Shown here: piece after piece, positions 57,780 through 64,000 of the stretch
Numbering within the stretch: the first letter of the stretch is position 1
How the letters are laid out: every line of letters begins with the position of its first letter
NCBI GenBank assembly: GCA_951813565.1
Contig: OX638351.1
Span: 1,120,001-1,184,000 of the forward strand
DNA: 64,000 nt
Source of the DNA: an uncultured Poribacteria bacterium
GTDB lineage: Bacteria > Poribacteria > WGA-4E > WGA-3G
Direction: 5' to 3'
Notes under the pieces: model-generated
Databases searched by the model: none
The model's input: only the letters and a program-made list of their open reading frames with translations
What the model was told of the DNA's origin: nothing
Position numbers and translations under genes: made by a program

Positions 57780-59555
57780 ATGGGAAATTTGCAGGATTTA
57801 CTAAAAGAGGTTGACGATATCCTCAATTCATCTGATGGCTTGCAAACACAGATACCTTTAGCACAACCAGAAGAACAAGATGATGAAATTCTAAAAGCAT
57901 TGAGTCAATACTTTCAATATGATACTTTTCGACATGGGCAACGGGAAATAATTGAAGCGATTTTGAATGAGGAGAATGTTTTTGCAGTATTTCCAACTGG
58001 ACATGGAAAATCTTTGTGTTATCAGTTACCTGCATTAATGTTACCTGGAACAACAGTTGTTGTATCGCCGCTCATTTCGTTAATGAAAGACCAAGTAGAT
58101 GCGCTAAAAGAGCGGGGAATAGAGTCTGCATCGCTAATAAATAGCACACTAAGCTGGGAAGAATATCGCCTTGAATTGAATAGATTAAAACAAAATAAGA
58201 TAAAACTACTCTATATTTCTCCAGAACGTTTGCGCAGTCGTAGGTTTTTAGATATACTGAATTCTGTACTTATCTCTCTATTTGTCATTGATGAGGCACA
58301 CTGTATTTCCCAATGGGGGCACGATTTTCGTCCTGCTTATCTTTCAATCTGTGATGCCATTGACACACTTTATCCGCGTGCAATTGCCCTTTTCACAGCA
58401 ACTGCACCGCCAGACATCCGAGAAGATATTCTGGAAATTCTGAAGATCCCAGAACCGCGAGTCCTGGTGCAGGGAATTGAACGACCTAACCTGAGACTTG
58501 CTGTTCACAAAAGCGAAGACGAGGAACAGAAATATACGTTACTTGAGAAAAGTATAAGTTCGCTTAAAGGAAATGGTATTATCTATGCCGGGCGCCGAAT
58601 CGAAACTGAAGAAATTGCGAAGTTTCTCCAAGAGCAAGGATATCGTACTGAGTATTACCATGCGGGGCGCGATCTGCACGAACGCAAACAGATACAGGAA
58701 GCGTTTTTTGATGATAGCCGGAATGGGTTAGACATTGTTGTTGCTACGAATGCTTTTGGTATGGGTATTGATAAAGCGAATATTCGGTATATTATTCATT
58801 GGACAATGACCGGCACCCTGGAGGAATACTGTCAAGAGGTCGGACGTGCTGGTAGAGATGAAAAAGATTCAGATTGTCTTTTATTCTATTTTCATGAAGA
58901 CCGCGAGTTACACGAATGGTTCATCAAAGAGAGTGCTCCCGACAAACCTTCACTCCTAAAACTGCTACGAACACTGGAGAATTTGAAAGGGACAGGACAA
59001 TATCGCTTGGTAGCAATGGATGAGTTGGAGTTGGAGGTTGGCGATAAGATAGCAAAAATACAGGTTGGACTTGCCTATCTGGAAAAACTCGGTTTTCTTA
59101 AAAGATGGCATAACGTTCCGTCTCAAATCTCTGTCCGGTTGAGAACGCGACCGACAGACGGGACATCAATCCAGTCTGAACTTTATACACATCTGCGTCA
59201 GCGGCGAATGACAGATATTTTGAGTTTTTGCCGAGACCTTGAACTGAGTCCACGGCGGGTTATGGAACAACTCGCAGAACTTCAAAGTGAGGGACACCTT
59301 CAGTATTGGGGTAAGAATGATCTAATGCTGATTGAATTGCTAAAGGATAGTGAACTTTTGTCAACTCTTTCTGAAGAACAGATGGGGCTTGGGGACTATG
59401 TGAAATACAAACGTAGTAGAATTGACAGAATGGTTCGCTATGCTGCAACTGATGAGTGTAGGATAAAAGTTATTCGCGATTATTTCGGGGAGGAAGTGTC
59501 AGAGGATTATCGGTGTGGGACGTGCGATAACTGCTCAACAAATGCCGCGATATAA
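57780..59555 (+). CDS. recQ: RecQ-family DNA helicase
   Basis: PTGHGKSLCYQLP, DEAHCISQWGHDFRP, AFGMGID, QEVGRAGRD, C-terminal CR...CGTCDNC. Confidence 0.9.
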   Translation: MGNLQDLLKEVDDILNSSDGLQTQIPLAQPEEQDDEILKALSQYFQYDTFRHGQREIIEAILNEENVFAVFPTGHGKSLCYQLPALMLPGTTVVVSPLISLMKDQVDALKERGIESASLINSTLSWEEYRLELNRLKQNKIKLLYISPERLRSRRFLDILNSVLISLFVIDEAHCISQWGHDFRPAYLSICDAIDTLYPRAIALFTATAPPDIREDILEILKIPEPRVLVQGIERPNLRLAVHKSEDEEQKYTLLEKSISSLKGNGIIYAGRRIETEEIAKFLQEQGYRTEYYHAGRDLHERKQIQEAFFDDSRNGLDIVVATNAFGMGIDKANIRYIIHWTMTGTLEEYCQEVGRAGRDEKDSDCLLFYFHEDRELHEWFIKESAPDKPSLLKLLRTLENLKGTGQYRLVAMDELELEVGDKIAKIQVGLAYLEKLGFLKRWHNVPSQISVRLRTRPTDGTSIQSELYTHLRQRRMTDILSFCRDLELSPRRVMEQLAELQSEGHLQYWGKNDLMLIELLKDSELLSTLSEEQMGLGDYVKYKRSRIDRMVRYAATDECRIKVIRDYFGEEVSEDYRCGTCDNCSTNAAI

Positions 59556-59585
59556 TCTGTTGTGCGGACATTGTTTCTGTTAACT

Positions 59586-59737
59586 AACCCAAGTTGCTAC
59601 CTTGTAGCACGAACTTTTAGTTTGTGCCTGTGAGGACGCAAACTGAAAGTTTGCGCTACGATATTCGCGAATAATGAACTTTTCTTGATTAAAACAGCAT
59701 CTGTCTGTCTAAAATCTTGTGCGTGGCAACTTAGGTT
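59586..59737. mobile_element. 152-bp AACCYAAGTTG-family MITE containing a REP doublet
   Basis: AACCCAAGTTGCTAC...GTGGCAACTTAGGTT; AACT on both flanks; internal GTAGCACGAACTTTTAGTTTGTGC...GCAAACTGAAAGTTTGCGCTAC. Confidence 0.75.
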
Positions 59738-59774
59738 AACTAACGATGAGTTATTGTGATTGGCTTGGATGGGT

Positions 59775-61043
59775 TTAAATTTTGCGAAGTGCTTCTTGAA
59801 AGACAGATTGAAGAGAAACACCATTTTGTTCGGCAAGAGATCTGCAATCCTCATACTCCGGCACTGTTTTGATTAGATCGCCGTTTAAATAGCCGCGTTT
59901 AGCTCGGACGGGACCCCATTGGGTATTGATTTCCATATAATCACGATTGAGTATGACACGGTCGGCAGCATAAAATCGAACACCGAAAGTAGTTGTTTCT
60001 GTTAGAAGAACTTTTGTCAACAGATCCCGTATGTTGGATGGGCAAAGTACGTTTATTTGGATTGCGGGTCTGCCTTTCTTCATAAGAATAGGAACGAAAA
60101 ATACATCTAATGCACCTTGCTCAAAAAGTTTGTCCATCACATAGCCGGAAATTTCGGGAGACATGTCATCCACATTCGTTTCAATGATTTGTATACTATC
60201 GCTGAAACCGAGGGCAGAGTCGTTTGAGGCCGGTGATGAGTCTTCGGTTGAAACTGAATGGTCATGTCCATGTTTAATGCTGTTCAAAGAAGATTTTTCA
60301 CCGATACAAATACGCAGGAGATTTGGTTGCATATCAAGGTCTCTGGTGCCAGCACCGTAACCGATTTGGTTGATGGTCATATTAGGCATAACCCCAAAGG
60401 CTTTAGCAAGAGTAGTGATGATGGCAGCACCTGTAGGTGTAACTAATTCTTTGGGTATGTCGGTTTGGCGGATTGGTACTCCGTGTAAAAGTTCCATTGT
60501 GCCCGGCACAGGCACAGGCATCATACCGTGGGCACATTTAACAAAACCACGCCCAAGCGAAAGAGGTGAAGCGTAAACATCTTCAACGCCAAGTTCTGCT
60601 AAACCGATGACAGCACCAACAATGTCCACGATAGAATCAATCCCGCTGACTTCGTGGAGATGTACTTTGGCTTTATCAGTGTTATGTACTTTGGCTTCGG
60701 CTTCAGCAAGTCTGTCAAATATGTGTTTAGCAGTATCACGAATGTTCGTTTTGAGGTCACTTGCATCAAGTAGGGCAAAAATCTCAGAGAGGTGTCTGCT
60801 GGGGCCGTGGGTGTGTTTATGATTATGTCCTTCGTGTGAATTCTCGGAAGTTTCAACTACTACTTGCGTTCCAGTGATACCGTGTTTCGTTGCTTTTTGG
60901 AAATGGAGACTGAATTCAGCATCTACATTTAGTTTCGCGAGTTCGGTTGTTAGTACCTCTGGGTCAACTCCCGCATCAATGACAGCACCGAGAACCATGT
61001 CACCACTAATACCTGAGAAGCAGTCAAAATATACGATTTTCAA
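59775..61043 (-). CDS. larC: Nickel pincer cofactor nickel insertase
   Basis: TTG start after AAGGA; YFDCFSGISGDM, His-rich loop, HLHEV, ELVTPTGAA, ETNVDD, MKKGRP, PEYEDC. Confidence 0.93.
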   Translation of the reverse strand: MKIVYFDCFSGISGDMVLGAVIDAGVDPEVLTTELAKLNVDAEFSLHFQKATKHGITGTQVVVETSENSHEGHNHKHTHGPSRHLSEIFALLDASDLKTNIRDTAKHIFDRLAEAEAKVHNTDKAKVHLHEVSGIDSIVDIVGAVIGLAELGVEDVYASPLSLGRGFVKCAHGMMPVPVPGTMELLHGVPIRQTDIPKELVTPTGAAIITTLAKAFGVMPNMTINQIGYGAGTRDLDMQPNLLRICIGEKSSLNSIKHGHDHSVSTEDSSPASNDSALGFSDSIQIIETNVDDMSPEISGYVMDKLFEQGALDVFFVPILMKKGRPAIQINVLCPSNIRDLLTKVLLTETTTFGVRFYAADRVILNRDYMEINTQWGPVRAKRGYLNGDLIKTVPEYEDCRSLAEQNGVSLQSVFQEALRKI

Positions 61044-61163
61044 TCGGGATTCCTTTAGTTGAGCGGTTGGAATTGAGGTGATGTGTCTATAAGTTGTTGC
61101 AGAACTTGCTAAGTCCTGCAACATGCTTGGTTTGTTTTTTAGATGTTAATGATGGGGCAAATT

Positions 61164-62840
61164 TTAATATTTTTGAAACAATTCTTTCAATAACTCTTTC
61201 GGTTCGTGCCGCCTAAGTTTATTGAGCGCCTCAACTTCGATTTGCCTAACCCGTTCACGACTAATTTCGAGTTTTGTACCGATATCAGCAAGCGTATATT
61301 CGGTTCCATCAATTAATCCGTAGCGCAGGACAATAACGTGAGTTTCGCGTGGGTTGAGCGTCCTGTTGAGGACTTCTTCTAACGCTTCAATTTTGGAGAA
61401 GTTAACTAATTCTGTTTCAGGTGTGATTTGAGAATCATCTGGAATTATGTCCCGGATTGGCACTTCTGGTGCTGTCTCATTAATCGGTGCATCCAACGAA
61501 ATAGGGTCTTTCGTCGCTTGCAGGATTTCATCAACCTTTTTCTCAGGGAGTTTAACCTCTTGTGCGACCTCTTTAGTTGTCGGTTCACGACCAAGTTTTG
61601 CAGTAAGATTGGACTGCACCTGTTTAATCAGCCTGCGTGTTTCACCGATATAACACGGCACACGAATGATCTGTCCTTGCTGGTCTAATGCACGTTTAAT
61701 CGATTGCATTACCCACCAAGTGGCATAAGTGCTGAAGCGGTATCGGAGTGTGTGGTCGAATTTCTCAACCGCCTTCATGAGTCCAATGCTTCCTTCCTGC
61801 ATAAGATCAAGGAAGGTCAAAGCTGTTTTGTTGAAATGGTGTTGTTTAGCAATACTCGCGACTAATCGTAGGTTTGCCTCAACAATTTTCATTTTTGTGC
61901 CGTGGGCAAGTTTGTCCGCTTCTGTAAGTTTTGATAACAAAACTTTTAGAAATTCCAATTCAGTTTGAAGTTTTTCCAAAAACGGATTTAGTGTGCCCGT
62001 AGTCCACTGTAATTCTAAGGTTTGACCGATCTTTGTATATGCCATTTCATCTAACAAATTTGGGGGCAGTTTGTTCAAAAGTTGCGCTATTTCATATTGT
62101 GTCACAGAAAAAATTTCAAGCAAACGTAATTCTTCTTCCTTTTCAAGCGGCATTGCTTCGGAAAGAGAATTACATTCTATGCTATGAGAAAACGGATTTT
62201 GTTCTTGTTCTGTGGTTGACAACCCAATTTTTTCAGGATTTTTGTACGCTGTTTCAATACTGGCGCGGATTAAACCTCGTGCGTATGCTCGGAACTTTTG
62301 ACCGCGTTCAGGTATCCAACTTTCTATTGCTTTTATAAGACTGAGGTATCCTACCTGCATTAATTCTGGAGACACGGCAACAGCGAATTCTGGATCATTT
62401 ACATATTTTTTTAGGAGATGCAGATTACCCAAAAGAATTTTCGACTTCACATTTTCTAACTTTTTTTGTTTCTTGTTCAGTTTTTTCAGTATGTCTTCTA
62501 TTGGTAGAATATATGTCGAAATTTGATCAATAATTAGTTTATGATCTGTTTGAACCGGTTTTAGATTTTGTTCAGGAATGCTGCGGGTTTTTATTGGAAT
62601 ATCTAACGTATTTATTACCCACTTGGGAAGTTTTTTGAAGTTTGACGCAAAATTTACTATGCCCTCTTGGTATATCTCAAAGAGCGTTTTTTCTTGTTCC
62701 GCATCCAATAACGGGGTCTTAGCAATAGTCTGGAGATAAGCGAAGGTTTCATCCTTTACGGGAGTAGTGTTCACCTCTTTTTTCTCCTCAATAGGAAACA
62801 GGTCAAAATCGACTGAATCTGTAGGGTAAAAGTTTTTCAT
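61164..62840 (-). CDS. sigma70 RpoD/RpoS-like factor with an extra region 1.2-2 module
   Basis: [53 protein letters not shown]. Confidence 0.9.
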   Translation of the reverse strand: MKNFYPTDSVDFDLFPIEEKKEVNTTPVKDETFAYLQTIAKTPLLDAEQEKTLFEIYQEGIVNFASNFKKLPKWVINTLDIPIKTRSIPEQNLKPVQTDHKLIIDQISTYILPIEDILKKLNKKQKKLENVKSKILLGNLHLLKKYVNDPEFAVAVSPELMQVGYLSLIKAIESWIPERGQKFRAYARGLIRASIETAYKNPEKIGLSTTEQEQNPFSHSIECNSLSEAMPLEKEEELRLLEIFSVTQYEIAQLLNKLPPNLLDEMAYTKIGQTLELQWTTGTLNPFLEKLQTELEFLKVLLSKLTEADKLAHGTKMKIVEANLRLVASIAKQHHFNKTALTFLDLMQEGSIGLMKAVEKFDHTLRYRFSTYATWWVMQSIKRALDQQGQIIRVPCYIGETRRLIKQVQSNLTAKLGREPTTKEVAQEVKLPEKKVDEILQATKDPISLDAPINETAPEVPIRDIIPDDSQITPETELVNFSKIEALEEVLNRTLNPRETHVIVLRYGLIDGTEYTLADIGTKLEISRERVRQIEVEALNKLRRHEPKELLKELFQKY

Positions 62841-63089
62841 TTTAGTATTTTCCTCATATCTATGCAGAATTTGTCTACTTTGCATATACACTAATTAACC
62901 TTTTGTATTCCAATCATTTCGTAAGGATAACCGATAATAGAATATTTGTCGCCGAATTCCGTAATAATATTTTAAAAATTTAAACTTACGTTCAAAAAAC
63001 GTCTAACGTTACTGTTTGTTTCAAAAGTTTTCGATGGTATCTATTGCCTGAGGAACTTATTGAAAAACGAAACAAAATGGAGGCAATTT

Positions 63090-63665
63090 ATGCATGAAAA
63101 ACCGCAAAAAGATGTAGTTCAACGTTTATTAGCAGGCGAATCTTTCGCTAACGAAGACCTAACCAATATAGACCTGGCAAACCAATCGCTTGTCAGTGCT
63201 GATTTTTCAGCAGCAAATTTAAGCAGTGCGAACCTTAAAAATGCTGACTTGACGGACGCGAATCTAAATGACGCAAACCTCACTGGAGCAGACCTATCCG
63301 GTGCAATTCTACTACGAACCTATTTAGTAGGAGCAAACCTAACAGAGACAACATTGGAGAATGCTAACCTATTTGGAGCGTTTTTGAGTGGAAGTCTCCT
63401 GTCTGGCACAAATTTTCGCGGTGCTGATCTACGCCGAGCTACGCTTGGATGTCCCCACTGCGTTCCTACTGCTCCCTTCGGCAATCTTACGACTTTTGAA
63501 AACGCTAACCTGGAAGAAGCGATTTTTGGTGAAATCAAATTAGACGGTATCGTCTTACTCGGTGCGAATTTCAAAGGTGCTTATCTTTACGAGGTAGATT
63601 TATCTGAAGCGATCTACCGTGAATCCGATCTGGAGGGTGCTATCACTAAACAAGGACGAAATTAA
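63090..63665 (+). CDS. Pentapeptide repeat protein
   Basis: A(D/N)Lxx repeats; GGAGG RBS before ATG 63090. Confidence 0.92.
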   Translation: MHEKPQKDVVQRLLAGESFANEDLTNIDLANQSLVSADFSAANLSSANLKNADLTDANLNDANLTGADLSGAILLRTYLVGANLTETTLENANLFGAFLSGSLLSGTNFRGADLRRATLGCPHCVPTAPFGNLTTFENANLEEAIFGEIKLDGIVLLGANFKGAYLYEVDLSEAIYRESDLEGAITKQGRN

Positions 63666-64000
63666 GGTATAATTCTGTTGCTGCCATAGTCATAGCGGAA
63701 TTTTGCGTTTAGATCGTTATAATATAATTAACTTTAGAACAAGGTTTTAACATAAGTCGTTCACAACAGCCCTGATCTGCCAAAGGTCGGGGCTTGTGTT
63801 TCTTCGTATGAAAATTCTCTTCAGAATAGGACCAGTTATACTGTAAAAGAATAAAGCCGATATAAATTTGTTGAAACGTTAATTTAGCCTGCATAGTATT
63901 GAGACGTTTTTAAATCCAATTAGTTTACAAGTGCCTAAATTTTTTACATTTTTATGTTGGTCCTGAACCGTAGCAGTCGTTTGCTTTACAAACTGTCTAA

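Noticed and set aside
4774..62338. Numerous 60-175 aa antisense or alternate-frame ORFs within large genes
   Set aside because: Shadow ORFs of well-supported genes, with no independent evidence.
63709..64000. Short minus-strand ORFs at the right edge
   Set aside because: No RBS or motif support; cannot be judged without flanking sequence.

Overview
A diderm bacterial chromosome segment (LolA, lipoproteins). I infer Candidatus Poribacteria or a relative from a secreted protein ending PVEPRGKVTTTWADLK, plus Uma2, CRTAC1/ASPIC-UnbV, TPR and sulfatase genes; this is not a database assignment. In order: a tandem array of nine intact plus one decayed VOC/glyoxalase-fold genes; metH; lolA-pgsA-thpR-recA; a complete Pup-proteasome operon (arc-dop-pup-prcB-prcA-pafA, Pup ending GGQ); a type III R-M locus whose mod and res are both internally deleted around an intact XRE/ImmA + DUF4411 PIN pair; ppdK; rtcB followed by a sigma54 promoter and a candidate structured sRNA with an anti-Shine-Dalgarno 5' tail; a cluster of a TM/coiled-coil protein, two PspA/ESCRT-III-like paralogs, a Gly-repeat membrane protein, an HDxxGH zincin-like protein and a two-module AAA+ ATPase; catabolic genes; a four-repeat membrane protein broken by a TA-targeting MITE; an IS4-like element nested inside two MITEs; TPR-FGE-CRTAC1; GT2, recQ, larC; a sigma70 with a duplicated region 1.2-2 module; a pentapeptide repeat protein. 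Intergenic DNA is rich in GTAG-type REP hairpins carried inside several MITE families. No rRNA, tRNA or CRISPR array was seen. All calls come from motif reading only; no searches were run.
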